A stretch of 64,000 nucleotides of DNA from an uncultured Acidobacteriaceae bacterium (GCA_963831665.1 CAWHRG010000009.1:25534-89533); one strand, 5' to 3'; positions 1 to 9,982 are shown, counted from the stretch's first letter. Made by a program: numbers and translations. Notes: generated by a model from the letters alone, not told the origin.

Positions 1-1
1 G

Positions 2-262
2 TTAGCCCTGCACGTCGAGACGGAGCATGGTGCATTGGAAGCAGTGACTGAAAACATATCGGCAAACGGCCTGCTCTTCGTAAGTGACCGCCTTCCCGCG
101 GTCGACAGCAGAATTGAATTCACCATCGCGATGCCTTCAGCCGTCATGGGATCGGCGACTGATGTAACGATTCACTGCATCGGTCGAGTGGTACGCCACT
201 ATCTTCAAGGAAACGAGAAGAAGGCTGCTGCGGTGATCGACGAATATTTTTTAAAGGCCTGA
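2..262 (+). CDS. PilZ domain protein (5' end outside window)
   Basis: Frame is open from position 2; PilZ-like motif T-E-N-I-S-x-x-G-L-L-F and C-x-G-R-V-V-R. Confidence 0.75.
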   Translation, partial: LALHVETEHGALEAVTENISANGLLFVSDRLPAVDSRIEFTIAMPSAVMGSATDVTIHCIGRVVRHYLQGNEKKAAAVIDEYFLKA

Positions 263-265
263 CTT

Positions 266-1048
266 ATGACGGTTGTTCATTTTGATCAAACTCGCACCAA
301 CGAACCAATTCCGGAGGAAAGCTCGACTCAGACAGGAATCAGGGTCATCCTGGCTGATTCGCAGGCTATCTACCGAGTGGGAATGAAGAAGGTCTTCGCT
401 CTGGAGGACGATATCCGTGTCGTCGCCCAGGTCGAGACCCTGACGAATCTTTATGCGGCTCTGGAGCGTTATCCAACCGACGTTGTCCTGCTCGAAGGGC
501 AGCTTATCGCTGGCACCATCGACGCTATTCCGGAGCTGGTGCGGCAGGCGCCGGATGCAAAGCTCATCGTGCAGGTCACCGAGACCGACGAAGCGAACAC
601 TGTTGAACTTTACCGTCGCGGGGTCCGCGGCGTTGTTCCGCGTTCCATCTCGCCCGACCTGCTCATCAAGTGCGTACGCAAGATCGCCGAGGGTGAGACC
701 TGGATCGACAACCAATCCATCAGCTGGGTGATCGAGGCCTACAGGGCGCAGGCAACCACGCTCACCAACCCAAGGGTGCAGCCCAAGCTCTCGAAAAAGG
801 AGCTCGCCATCATCGGCTGTATCACCCGCGGAATGCGCAACAAAGAGATTGCCTATCAGATCGGAACGACTGAGCAGGTGATCAAGAACTACCTGCGCAA
901 GATCTACGACAAGCTGGGCGTCTCCGACCGTCTCGAACTTGCGTTGTACTGCCTGCATCATGAACTGCTGAAAAAGTATCCGCAGGATGCAGAGCACGGC
1001 GGAGGGCCGCATACCGAACCGTCGCAACCGCTTCGCGCCAAGATGTAA
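266..1048 (+). CDS. NarL/LuxR-family DNA-binding response regulator
   Basis: N-terminal receiver-like domain (VILADSQAIYRVGMKK) and C-terminal LuxR HTH (LSKKELAII...GMRNKEIAYQIGTTEQVIKNYL). Confidence 0.9.
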   Translation: MTVVHFDQTRTNEPIPEESSTQTGIRVILADSQAIYRVGMKKVFALEDDIRVVAQVETLTNLYAALERYPTDVVLLEGQLIAGTIDAIPELVRQAPDAKLIVQVTETDEANTVELYRRGVRGVVPRSISPDLLIKCVRKIAEGETWIDNQSISWVIEAYRAQATTLTNPRVQPKLSKKELAIIGCITRGMRNKEIAYQIGTTEQVIKNYLRKIYDKLGVSDRLELALYCLHHELLKKYPQDAEHGGGPHTEPSQPLRAKM

Positions 1049-1083
1049 AAGTAAAAAGCCCCCGATCCGGGGGCTTTTTACTT
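1049..1083. terminator. Bidirectional intrinsic terminator
   Basis: AAGTAAAAAGCCCCC-GATCC-GGGGGCTTTTTACTT inverted repeat between convergent genes. Confidence 0.85.
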
Positions 1084-1085
1084 GC

Positions 1086-1670
1086 TTACTGCTTGTCGAT
1101 CTCAACATCGATCGTGAACTTCACATCATCCCCGAGCATGGGAGGTGAGAACTTCGGTCCAAAGTTGAAGTCAGCCCGCTTCAGCTTGCCGGTTGCCGAG
1201 AAGCCGCTGCGCACCTTACCATCTTTTCCGGTCTGCGGCGGCGCAGGACCGTCGAGATCAAAGGTGATGCTCTTCGTCACGCCGGTCAGCGTCAAATCGC
1301 CAGTCAACTGGAGCTTCCCGCCGGCGTTTGAAAGAGACGTCGACTTGAAGGTGATCTGAGGATACTTGGCGATGTCGAAGAAGTCCGGAGACTTCAGATG
1401 CTTATCGCGGGCATCAACGTTGGTCGTGAGTGTGTTCGTATCGATCGTCGCGTTCACTGACGACTTCGTGACGTCCTTCTCGTCCAGCGTTACGGTGCCG
1501 GTTACGCCCATGATGGATCCGTGAACGTTGCTGACAGCCATATGCCTAATCTCGAAGGTAACGCTTGAATGTGCAGGATCGATCTTCCAACTGGAAGTCT
1601 GGGCTTCAGCGCTTGCGCCAGCCAATGAAAGTACGCCCATGGTGAGGGTCAACAGGAATTTACTTCGCAT
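1086..1670 (-). CDS. YceI-family periplasmic protein
   Basis: Signal peptide MRSKFLL..., WKIDPAHSSVTF and RDKHLKSPDFFD motifs; ATG at 1670 preferred. Confidence 0.9.
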   Translation of the reverse strand: MRSKFLLTLTMGVLSLAGASAEAQTSSWKIDPAHSSVTFEIRHMAVSNVHGSIMGVTGTVTLDEKDVTKSSVNATIDTNTLTTNVDARDKHLKSPDFFDIAKYPQITFKSTSLSNAGGKLQLTGDLTLTGVTKSITFDLDGPAPPQTGKDGKVRSGFSATGKLKRADFNFGPKFSPPMLGDDVKFTIDVEIDKQ

Positions 1671-1815
1671 GCAAAAATCCTCGTGCTTTCTGTTTAGAGA
1701 AGAGTGACTGGAATCTGATGCTCTGTGTCGCAGATTCGATGCTATCAATCAATAAGGGTTACGCAGCAATGGAAGATGTCAGAAATGTATGAGGTGATGC
1801 TAGCATCACTTCGAT

Positions 1816-3081
1816 ATGTCACTTCTGCGTGAACTTCGATCGCTGACGGCGGTCCAGAGAAATACTTTTGTTGCTTGTTTCCTGGGATGGACGCTCGATG
1901 CATTTGATTACTTCCTCCTTACTGTTTGCCTGAGCGCGATTGCGGCTGACTTTCATGTAACGATTCCGCAGGTCATGGAGGCGACTTTCTGGACATTGGT
2001 GATGCGGCCAGTTGGGGCGCTTGGTTTTGGGTTGCTCGCCGAGAGGTTTGGCCGGCGGCCGACTTTGATGTTGAACGTCCTGGCTTTCTCCTTTTTTGTG
2101 CTGGCCTCTGCGTTCGCTCCTTCGCTCAGGATCTTTCTGATATGCCGTGCGTTGTTTGGTATCGCGATGGGCGGCGTTTGGGGTGTGGGAGCGGCGCTTG
2201 CACTGGAGACGCTTCCGGCTTCGGGACGTGGGTTTTTCTCCGGTGTTTTGCAGGAAGGCTACGTTGTCGGCAACCTGCTGGCTGCTGCTTTGTATGGGCT
2301 GCTGTTTCCTCATCTTCACGGGAGCGGGATGTTCACCGCATGGCGTGTGATGTTTATGATTGGCGCTTTGCCGGCGCTTCTCGCGCTGTATATGCAGTTC
2401 AAGGTCGCTGAGTCTCCAGTTTGGCTGGCGGCACGAGAGAAGCGGCTTTTGACCGGCGCGAAGAAGGAGAGCGCGTTCGATTGGAAGAGTTTCAGGATGT
2501 ATCTCCCGACCTTTCTCTTTCTTGTGCTGCTCATGACGGCGTTCACTTCGTTCAGTCATGGAACGCAGGATTTGTACCCTACCTTTCTGGAGAAAGATCA
2601 TCTCCTCGATCCGGCCCGGGTGGGTTTGATTGTTGTGATCGGCAGCCTTGGTGCGCTGCTGGGAGGAATCTGCTGCGGCGCTGCTTCGGAGCGGTTCGGG
2701 CGCAAGCGGATGATTATTATTGCGTCGTTGTGTGCGCTGCCGGTTATTCCGCTGTGGGTCTGGTCGCATTCTGTTTTGGGTCTGGCCGTTGGCGGTTTCC
2801 TGATGCAGTTCGCGGTGCAGGGTGCGTGGGGAGTTGTTCCTGCACATCTGAACGAACTGTCTCCGGGACCAGTGCGTGCCATCTTTCCGGGATTGGCTTA
2901 TCAGCTTGGCAACCTGTGCTCCTCGCGGAATGGCGTCTTCCAGGCGACGATAGCGGCACGGTTCCATGGGGGCGCGTTCCATATCGTGTTGTCGGGAACA
3001 GCGGTGGTGGCGGCGCTGCTGGTGGCCGGAATAACCGCGCTGGGCAGGGAGGCCAAGGGTGAGGTTTGGACTGATGCGTAG
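1816..3081 (+). CDS. MFS transporter (SHS / Jen1-NanT-like carboxylate:H+ symporter)
   Basis: About 12 hydrophobic segments, LGWTLDAFDY, AERFGRR and FSHGTQDLYPTFL motifs. Confidence 0.9.
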   Translation: MSLLRELRSLTAVQRNTFVACFLGWTLDAFDYFLLTVCLSAIAADFHVTIPQVMEATFWTLVMRPVGALGFGLLAERFGRRPTLMLNVLAFSFFVLASAFAPSLRIFLICRALFGIAMGGVWGVGAALALETLPASGRGFFSGVLQEGYVVGNLLAAALYGLLFPHLHGSGMFTAWRVMFMIGALPALLALYMQFKVAESPVWLAAREKRLLTGAKKESAFDWKSFRMYLPTFLFLVLLMTAFTSFSHGTQDLYPTFLEKDHLLDPARVGLIVVIGSLGALLGGICCGAASERFGRKRMIIIASLCALPVIPLWVWSHSVLGLAVGGFLMQFAVQGAWGVVPAHLNELSPGPVRAIFPGLAYQLGNLCSSRNGVFQATIAARFHGGAFHIVLSGTAVVAALLVAGITALGREAKGEVWTDA

Positions 3082-3380
3082 ATGGGGTACCCCCCCTCCC
3101 CCTTACTCGAGCTTAAGTCTAGTGTTTTCATTGGGTTAGTGGTTGAGTACTTTCGTAAAATCGTCATTCTAAATGGGTTGCGGCTAAAATCGTCTTTCTA
3201 AAGGGTTTACGAGTTAAGTAAAAAGCCCCGGGTATGTGCCCGGAGCTTTTTCGACTCTGTATTAAGAATAGCGGATTGAGCATAACTCCTACGCAATGCT
3301 TATGTCATTGATGGATATGGAGTTATAGGGGTATGGGACTTGACAAGGGATTTTGCTTAGGAAATTAGAAAATATTTCTT
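3082..3380. repeat. AT-richer intergenic element with imperfect ~29-nt tandem units and a terminator-like hairpin
   Basis: TAAAATCGTC(A/T)TTCTAAA(T)GGGTT at ~3156 and ~3185; hairpin AAAAGCCCCGGG...CCCGGAGCTTTT at 3221-3250. Confidence 0.55.
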
Positions 3381-4720
3381 CTAAGTTTCTGATATGGCTT
3401 CGGTTGTCGGGCTGGGATTCTGCCTTTTTGCCTGGGATAGCTTGTGGCGTGAAGCGGTGAGCAGAAGGATTACGAGAAGCAGAAGTAAGCCAGCAGAGAT
3501 GAGGGCCGAGTATGAGGTTTGTGAGTAGGGGGAAGCGAACGGTCAGGTGGGGTAGCAAGGATCGCGTGAAGATGGCTTCAGTGTTGATCAGGAAGACGGA
3601 CGAGAGGATTAGAACCCAGCGTTGCGTGGCGCGAGAGGCTGGTTGGGAGAGCGTTCGGAGAGCCCAGAGGATTGGCAGCAGCACGATCATGGCGGAGTAG
3701 TAGCGCTGATAGAAGGGGAGCAGCCCGATTAAGAGGAGGGTTGCGATCTGGAGGATGTGCTGGTCCAGAGTTTCGCCGGAAGGAGGCTGGTTACTGTTGT
3801 TGGGCTTGGATTGGAGGCAGAGCAAAAGCAGCGTGGCGGCGATAAGGGCAGCGAGGAGTGATGCTGCGGTTCGACTGTGCAGGAGGGCGTAGAGAGGAAG
3901 TTGCAGGTCGATGCGGTCGAAGCGGAGGAGGCTTTGCTCGGAGACGTCTGCTGCGCCTCCATTGGTGAAGACGACCGCGATGTTTTCGCGCAGGCTGGAG
4001 AGCCACACTGAACCGAGGCTGAGCAAGGGATAGAGAGAGGCGGCTGTGATGGTGGCGGAGATGGTCACTGTAGCGACCAGGGTGCGCCAGGCGCGGGTCC
4101 AGAGGAGGTAAGGGATGAGGAGCAGGCCGAGCGTGGGCTTGAGGCAGATCGCCAGTGTGAGACAGATGATGGCGGGGAGATTAATCCGCTTTGTGCGGCT
4201 TAGCAAGAAGTAAATGGCTGAGGAACAGAAGGCTGGCGGCGAGACAGGCTACGTTGGTGACGTGAAGGCCGGAGTGGGTGGGAGCGAGGGCCAGTCCAAA
4301 GGCGAGGAAGGCGGGTTTGATGGGATCGCGCCATGTGCCCGGAAGGAATGAAGCTAGTAGTGGGATGACGGCGATGTAAAGCGCGACGCTGAGCACGGTA
4401 AGTGCCTTGACGGCTATGGGCCAGGGCAGAAGCGCAAATGGGATGAGCACGACAAGGGTTGGGGGTGGGTAGACGGGATGGGTGCCTGATGGGTTGCCGG
4501 CGACCTTGCCTGTTGGTGCTCCGGCGTCGTGCCAGGTGGGGAAGAAGGCGGTCGCGTCGTAGGGGTTGCGATGCTGGAGCCAAAGGCGGGTGGCGGTGTA
4601 AGGGGCGGCGAAGTCGTTGACATAGCCGCTGTTGGCGCGGAGCGGGCCGCGAAGGAGGAACAGACCTGAGGCGAGCAGAACGGCGATCCATGCCAGCAGG
4701 GCGGTGGTCTTCAGCTTGAT
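3381..4720 (-). CDS. GT87 / DUF2029-family membrane glycosyltransferase (two +1 frameshifts)
   Basis: NDFAAPY...NPY, VYPPPTL and CLKPTLG motifs. Removing one base near 4215-4223 and one at 3486 gives a continuous 446-codon frame. Confidence 0.75.
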
Positions 4721-4827
4721 GCGGTGGCCTCCCGGGGAACTGTTTGCAGTGTAGGGGATGGGAGGAAAGACGCCAAGAAAAAGGATGGGCGCGGAAGCTC
4801 TCTGGAAACTATGGTTTGAGATGGATG

Positions 4828-4894
4828 AAACAAGCAACGGCGAAACACAGGGATCCTTCGACTCGGCGCTGTGCGCCTCGCTCAGGATGACGAC
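4828..4894 (-). repeat. REP-like interspersed repeat, copy A
   Basis: Minus strand GTCGTCATCCTGAGCG...GAAGGATCCCTGTGTTTCGCCGTTGC matches the copies at 38290 and 48480. Confidence 0.75.
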
Positions 4895-5007
4895 GGGGAA
4901 GGGGCGCGACGGGAAGAGGTGACGTTTCGCGTCGTGCGTAATCAAGGGGATGGCGACGTAGAGGGACGGGAGGCAGTGTCCGGATGTATCCTTCCTCTGG
5001 GTGTTTT

Positions 5008-5778
5008 ATGGGTATTACTGATTCCGCGTTGAGTGTGGCGCAGGGGCGGTTAAACGTTGCAGCTCCTTTTCTGATTGAACAAGACTGGGATGCTTATACT
5101 GCCGAGCAGCATGGCGTGTGGGCGGAGCTGGTGCATCGAAGGATGCCGCAGTTGCGTGAACATGCTTGCCACGAGTATCTGGATGGATTTGAGCAGATTG
5201 GGTTGCGTGAGGATCGGCTGCCCAATTTGAAGGCCGTGAGTGCGCGGCTGGCTCCGCGGACGGGGTGGCAGTCGACGCCCGTGAGTGGGTTTCTGCCGCC
5301 GGATGCCTTCTTCGAGATGCTGGCTGCGAGGATGTTTCCGACGACGACGTGGTTGCGGTCGCGGGATGCGATGGAGTACACGCCCGAGCCGGATATCTTC
5401 CATGACGTGTTTGGGCATGTGCCGATGCATGCGCATCCTGTGTTTGGAAATTTTTTGCAGCACTATGGAAAGCTGTGTGCCAGGCTGATGGCCGATCCGG
5501 TGGCGCTGGAACGGATGGGGCGGTTGTTCTGGTTTACGGTGGAGTTTGGATTGATTCGACAGGATGGCGAGATCAAGGTGTATGGGAGTGGGTTGATCTC
5601 GTCGCACGGAGAGTGCACGCGGGTGCTGGCGGGTGGGTGCGAGGTGAAGGACTTCGATCTGGATGCGGTGCTGGATCAGAAGTTCGACACGGGCGCGATG
5701 CAGCCGGTGCTTTATGCGGTGGAGTCGTTCGAGCAGATTTATGAGGCTACGAAGCAGGCTGAGGGGCGGGTGCGGTAA
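5008..5778 (+). CDS. phhA: Phenylalanine 4-hydroxylase
   Basis: YTPEPDIFHDVFGHVPM iron-binding motif, FWFTVEFGL, YGSGLISS. Confidence 0.9.
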   Translation: MGITDSALSVAQGRLNVAAPFLIEQDWDAYTAEQHGVWAELVHRRMPQLREHACHEYLDGFEQIGLREDRLPNLKAVSARLAPRTGWQSTPVSGFLPPDAFFEMLAARMFPTTTWLRSRDAMEYTPEPDIFHDVFGHVPMHAHPVFGNFLQHYGKLCARLMADPVALERMGRLFWFTVEFGLIRQDGEIKVYGSGLISSHGECTRVLAGGCEVKDFDLDAVLDQKFDTGAMQPVLYAVESFEQIYEATKQAEGRVR

Positions 5779-5784
5779 GGCGCG

Positions 5785-6279
5785 TTAGGGCTTCTTTGCG
5801 GCGAGGAGGGTGGCGATGCGCTTCTCAAGCTGGTTGAGGTCGGTCTCGCCCTGGTAGCGGGCGAGGATTTTTCCCTCGGGGCTGATGAGGTAGGTGACAG
5901 GAAGGCCGAGGACACCGCCGTAGAGTTCGCCGAGGTGCTCGTCTCCCATGACGATCGGATAGGTGATCTGGAATTTGCGGGCGGCCTTCTGGACGGGAGC
6001 TTTGTCGTCGTCCATGGAGACGCCGAGGACCTGGAGTCCTTGTGGTCCGAACTTTGTCTGCCAGGTGGCGAAGCGCGGGATCTCTGCGATGCAAGGACCG
6101 CACCACGTGGCCCAGAAGTTGAGGAGGACGAGTTTGCCACGATAGTCGGTGAGACGGACGGGCTTTCCTTCGAGGCTGGTGAGGGTGAAGTTGGGCGCGG
6201 TGGTCTTTTGCTGTGCGGGCAGAGCCAGGGTTGTGGCGAAGAGGATTGCGGTCGCGAGGAGGAGGCGGTGTGGCTTCAT
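5785..6279 (-). CDS. TlpA-family thioredoxin-like disulfide reductase, exported
   Basis: LLNFWATWCGPC motif after a signal peptide; start ATG at 6279 overlaps the upstream gene stop. Confidence 0.9.
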   Translation of the reverse strand: MKPHRLLLATAILFATTLALPAQQKTTAPNFTLTSLEGKPVRLTDYRGKLVLLNFWATWCGPCIAEIPRFATWQTKFGPQGLQVLGVSMDDDKAPVQKAARKFQITYPIVMGDEHLGELYGGVLGLPVTYLISPEGKILARYQGETDLNQLEKRIATLLAAKKP

Positions 6280-6761
6280 GAGCGGCCCTTGGCTACGGGG
6301 TATCCCTTGGCGACCCAGTTGGCGCCAAAGTTGTCGGCGATGTGGAGGACTTTCAGGTGGGTGAAGCCCATTGCGTGGAGTTGATTGTAGGCGGGGGCGA
6401 TATTGGGGCAGCGATCCCATGGGCAGCAGCCGCAGTAGAGGACGATGGCGGTGTCTTTGGGAAGCAAGGCGACGCGGTCTTTGAGGATCTGGAGGCCAGC
6501 GTCCTGATTGGTGGGGCCTGCGTATTCGGCGCCGGGGATGTGGGCTTCGGCGAAGAGGACGTGGGAGCCGACCTGAAGGATGAGGGGCTTGGGTGTGGCG
6601 GACTGGAGAGTCGCGGCGAAGTCAGCGGGCTGGATGAGGTCGGCTGTGGGGATGGAGGATGCCGGGATGTGTGCGCTTTGCGCGAGGGCGATAGGAATGT
6701 GCAGGAGGGCGAGGAGGGCAACTGCGAAGAGACGGCGCTGGCGATTGGAGAGGGAATTCAT
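6276..6761 (-). CDS. Rhodanese-like domain protein with signal peptide
   Basis: HIPGA motif, IVLYCGCCP active-loop-like sequence, W...GYP C-terminus. Confidence 0.8.
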   Translation of the reverse strand: MNSLSNRQRRLFAVALLALLHIPIALAQSAHIPASSIPTADLIQPADFAATLQSATPKPLILQVGSHVLFAEAHIPGAEYAGPTNQDAGLQILKDRVALLPKDTAIVLYCGCCPWDRCPNIAPAYNQLHAMGFTHLKVLHIADNFGANWVAKGYPVAKGRS

Positions 6762-6824
6762 ACCTCTAGTTTAGCTGCTGGGTAGGGGAGTCGTTGGGTT
6801 CGGTTGGTGGGCGATAATGGCTGA

Positions 6825-8618
6825 GTGAATTCAGTCTCTTCGCCGTCCCCTTCTGAGGAGTATAAGCAGCGCCTGCAGGCTCGTGAGCTTGGGGTGGCGC
6901 AGTTCGACAGGATAGATAAAAGAGTTGCGGTTGCGCGACTGGTGGTGGTGATCGGTGCACTGGTGGCGGGGTGGTGGAGCTTTGAGCGAGGGACGTTTTC
7001 GGCATGGTGGCTGCTGGTTGCGGTGGGATTGTTTGTTGCGATTGCGGTTTATCAAGCCGGGGTGCAGAGGTGGCGGTTGTGTGCGATGCGGGCGGTGGAG
7101 TTTTATCGGCGTGGGCTGGCTCGGATCGAGGATCGGTGGGTTGGGAAGGGGTCGCAGGGGGAGCGGTTTGATACGGGCGAGAGTCTGTATGCGACGGATT
7201 TGGATTTGTTTGGGCGGGGGAGTTTGTTTGAGCTGCTGTCGCAGGCTCGGACGCGGATGGGGGAGAACATGCTCGCGGGATGGCTGCTTGCTCCTGCGAA
7301 GGTGGAGGCGATTCGGGAGCGGCATGAGGCTGTTGGAGAGCTGAGGGGACGGCTGGATCTTCGCGAGGATGTGGCGGTGTTGGGCGAGGATGTGAAGTCT
7401 GCGGTGCATGCTGAGGCTCTGATGGCATGGGCGGAGTCGCCGAATCTGTTGGAGCGGGGTTGGGTGCGGTGGGTGGCTTTGGCGCTGGCGGTGATGGCGG
7501 TGGGGACTGCGGTGTTTTGGGGCGCGACAGGGGAGAAGGTCCCGTTTTTTGGGGTGGTGCTGGTTGAGGGCGTGGTCGTGTTGCGGCTGCGGGCGCGGGT
7601 GCAGGCGGTGATGCATGGGGCGGAACATGCGCTTGAGGATTTGAGGTTGCTCAGTGCGTTGCTCGGCAGGTTGGAGAGAGAGAGGTTTGAGACTGCGCGG
7701 CTGAAGGCGGTAGGTGAGGCGATGCGGTCGCATGGGGTGGCAGGGTCGAAGGCGATTGGGAGGCTGGGGACGATCGTTGAGTATATCTACTCGCTGGATA
7801 ACCCGATTTTGCGACTACTGGATATTCCGCTGATGTATTCGGTGCAGTGTGCTTTTGCCGCTGAGGGATGGCGGCGGGAACATGGTAAGGCCGTGCGGGG
7901 ATGGCTGGATGGTGTGGGCGAGATGGAAGCGCTGCTGTCGATCGCGGCTTATAGCTATGAGCGTCCGGCGGATGTGTTTCCGGAGTTGATGGAGGGGGCG
8001 CCTTGTTTCGAGGCGGAAGGGATTGGGCATCCTCTGTTGCCGGTTGGGGTATGTGTGCGTAATGACGTGAGGGTTGGTGGAGAAAGGAGTGTGCTGCTGA
8101 TCAGTGGGTCAAATATGTCGGGCAAGAGCACGCTGATGCGGGCGGTGGGATTGAATACGGTACTGGCGATGGCGGGAGCTCCGGTGCGGGCGCGGAGGTT
8201 GCGGCTAACGCCGTTGCAGGTGGGGGCGAGTATTTTGATCAATGATTCGCTGCAGGAGGGAAGCTCGCGGTTTTATGCGGAGATTACGCGGCTGCGGCAT
8301 ATCTGCGATCTCGCTCTAGGTGGGTTGCCGGTTTTGTTTTTGCTGGATGAGCTGCTGCAGGGGACGAACTCAAAGGATCGGATGGCGGGGGCGGAGGGTG
8401 TGGTGCAGGAGTTGTTGGCGCGTGGGGCGATTGGGCTGATCAGTACACATGATCTGGCGTTGACCGGGATTGGAGGCGCGGCGGGGAAGCTGTATAACGT
8501 GCATCTGCAGGATGAGATTTCGAATGGGAAGATGAAGTTCGATTACACATTGCGGGATGGGGTGGTGACGAAGAGTAATGGGATTGAGCTGATGCGGTTG
8601 ATCGGGTTGGATGTCTAG
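6825..8618 (+). CDS. Membrane-anchored MutS-like ATPase (MutS domain V)
   Basis: N-terminal TM segments; ISGSNMSGKST Walker A, EGSSRFYAE, LLDELLQGTNS, STHDL. Confidence 0.85.
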   Translation: MNSVSSPSPSEEYKQRLQARELGVAQFDRIDKRVAVARLVVVIGALVAGWWSFERGTFSAWWLLVAVGLFVAIAVYQAGVQRWRLCAMRAVEFYRRGLARIEDRWVGKGSQGERFDTGESLYATDLDLFGRGSLFELLSQARTRMGENMLAGWLLAPAKVEAIRERHEAVGELRGRLDLREDVAVLGEDVKSAVHAEALMAWAESPNLLERGWVRWVALALAVMAVGTAVFWGATGEKVPFFGVVLVEGVVVLRLRARVQAVMHGAEHALEDLRLLSALLGRLERERFETARLKAVGEAMRSHGVAGSKAIGRLGTIVEYIYSLDNPILRLLDIPLMYSVQCAFAAEGWRREHGKAVRGWLDGVGEMEALLSIAAYSYERPADVFPELMEGAPCFEAEGIGHPLLPVGVCVRNDVRVGGERSVLLISGSNMSGKSTLMRAVGLNTVLAMAGAPVRARRLRLTPLQVGASILINDSLQEGSSRFYAEITRLRHICDLALGGLPVLFLLDELLQGTNSKDRMAGAEGVVQELLARGAIGLISTHDLALTGIGGAAGKLYNVHLQDEISNGKMKFDYTLRDGVVTKSNGIELMRLIGLDV

Positions 8619-9343
8619 ACGGGTCGGATAGCGTGGCCGATGAGAAGGACTACGGGGGCGGGGCCAACGGCGTTGTTGTCTAGTTGAGCGAGGGTGGTGG
8701 CGTGGACGTGCTCGTCGGGAGTGGTGGCTTTGCTGACGGCGACGCAGGGGGTTTCGGGGGCAATGCCTGATTGGATGAGATCGTCGGCGAGGGCGCGAAA
8801 GTCGCGGCCGGGCATGTAGATGACCAACGTGGCGTCTTCGGGGAAGGCTCCGGTCCACTTGGGGGTGACTTCGAGTTTGCCTGCGGCGTGGTGAGCGGTG
8901 GCGAGGATGAGTTTCGAGGCCGAGGTGCGGTCGGTGAGAGGCGTGCGGAGGTTGGCGGCTACGGCAAAGGCGGTAGTGATGCCGGGGATGATCTCGAAGG
9001 GGATACTGTGTTCGCGGAGGAAGGCAATCTCTTCGCCGGCGCGGCCGAAGATGAGAGGGTCGCCGGATTTGAGGCGCAGGACGGAGCGGTCGTCGCTGGC
9101 GTGCTGGAGCATGAGGGCGTGAATTTCGGCCTGGGTGATGCGGGGTTGGCCGCAGCGCTTGCCGACGGGAATGATCTCGGCGGTGGGGCTGGCGAGGGCG
9201 AGGATCTCGTCGGAGACGAGGTCGTCGGGCAGGATGACGTCGGCGGTTTGGAGGAGCTGGACAGTGCTAAGGGTGAGGAGGCCGGGGTCTCCGGGGCCTG
9301 CTCCTGCAAGGTAGACGGTGCCCGGCTGGGCTTCTTTGTTCAC
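8615..9343 (-). CDS. cobA: Uroporphyrinogen-III C-methyltransferase
   Basis: VYLAGAGPGDPGLLT, RLKSGDPLIFGRAGEE, IPGIT motifs. Confidence 0.92.
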   Translation of the reverse strand: MNKEAQPGTVYLAGAGPGDPGLLTLSTVQLLQTADVILPDDLVSDEILALASPTAEIIPVGKRCGQPRITQAEIHALMLQHASDDRSVLRLKSGDPLIFGRAGEEIAFLREHSIPFEIIPGITTAFAVAANLRTPLTDRTSASKLILATAHHAAGKLEVTPKWTGAFPEDATLVIYMPGRDFRALADDLIQSGIAPETPCVAVSKATTPDEHVHATTLAQLDNNAVGPAPVVLLIGHAIRPV

Positions 9344-9982
9344 GATTTTTTCTCAGGTAGTGGATTCGTATGGGCGTGTTCGCGGGCCAGCTGACGGGAA
9401 GGGCATTGATCGTAGCCGCAGACCTCACGCTGAGCGAGTTGGTGGAGGAGCCACTTGCGCTCTTCGTTGAGGGGTTCGGCGGCGACGACCTCGCGGCGGA
9501 GGTTGCCGAGGTCGGTGAGCCAGTCGCCGAGGTCGAGGGGGAGCTGGGCGTTGATCTCTTTGCGGAGGCGTTGGGCCAGGGCAGGGCTGGCTCCGGCGGT
9601 GGAGATGGCGATCTGCAGGTCGTCCGCGACGGACGACGGAAGGGAAGTAGAAGTCGCAGAAGGGTGGGTCGTCGACTGCGTTGCAGATGATGTTTTTTGC
9701 GGTGGCTTCGTGAAAGACGGCGCGGTTGACGGCGGGGACGTTGGTGGCGGCTACGACGAGAAAGTTTCCTGTGAGATCGCCCTCTGTGTACTCACGCTGA
9801 TGCCATTCGATTTCACCGACGGCGGCGAGGTTGGTGATGCGCTCAGTGGCTTTAGGGGAGATGACAGTTACTTTGGCGTGCGCTGCTTGCAGGGACTCGA
9901 TCTTGGATTCAGCCAGATGGCCAGCGCCGATGACGACGCAAGGGCGAGCGGCGATCTTGAGGAAGATAGGGAAGAGATCCAT
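9340..9982 (-). CDS. Precorrin-2 dehydrogenase / sirohydrochlorin ferrochelatase (CysG N-terminal / Met8-like), +1 frameshift near 9622
   Basis: FPIFLK...VVIGAG, CNAVDDPPFCDFYFPSVVRRG continues as DLQIAISTAGASPALA after removing one base; stop overlaps the cobA GTG. Confidence 0.88.

Noticed and set aside
3113-3210. CRISPR-like array
   Set aside because: Only 2-3 degenerate units, no proper spacers and no cas genes.
1049-3229. Identical 14-mer AAGTAAAAAGCCCC at 1049 and 3216 as possible att sites
   Set aside because: Both are arms of terminator hairpins, no integrase is present, and the enclosed genes are ordinary.
4721-4945. N-terminal extension of the GT87 ORF through the REP-like repeat
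   Set aside because: It reads through repeat DNA; an SD sits just before codon 4720, so the extension is probably not translated.
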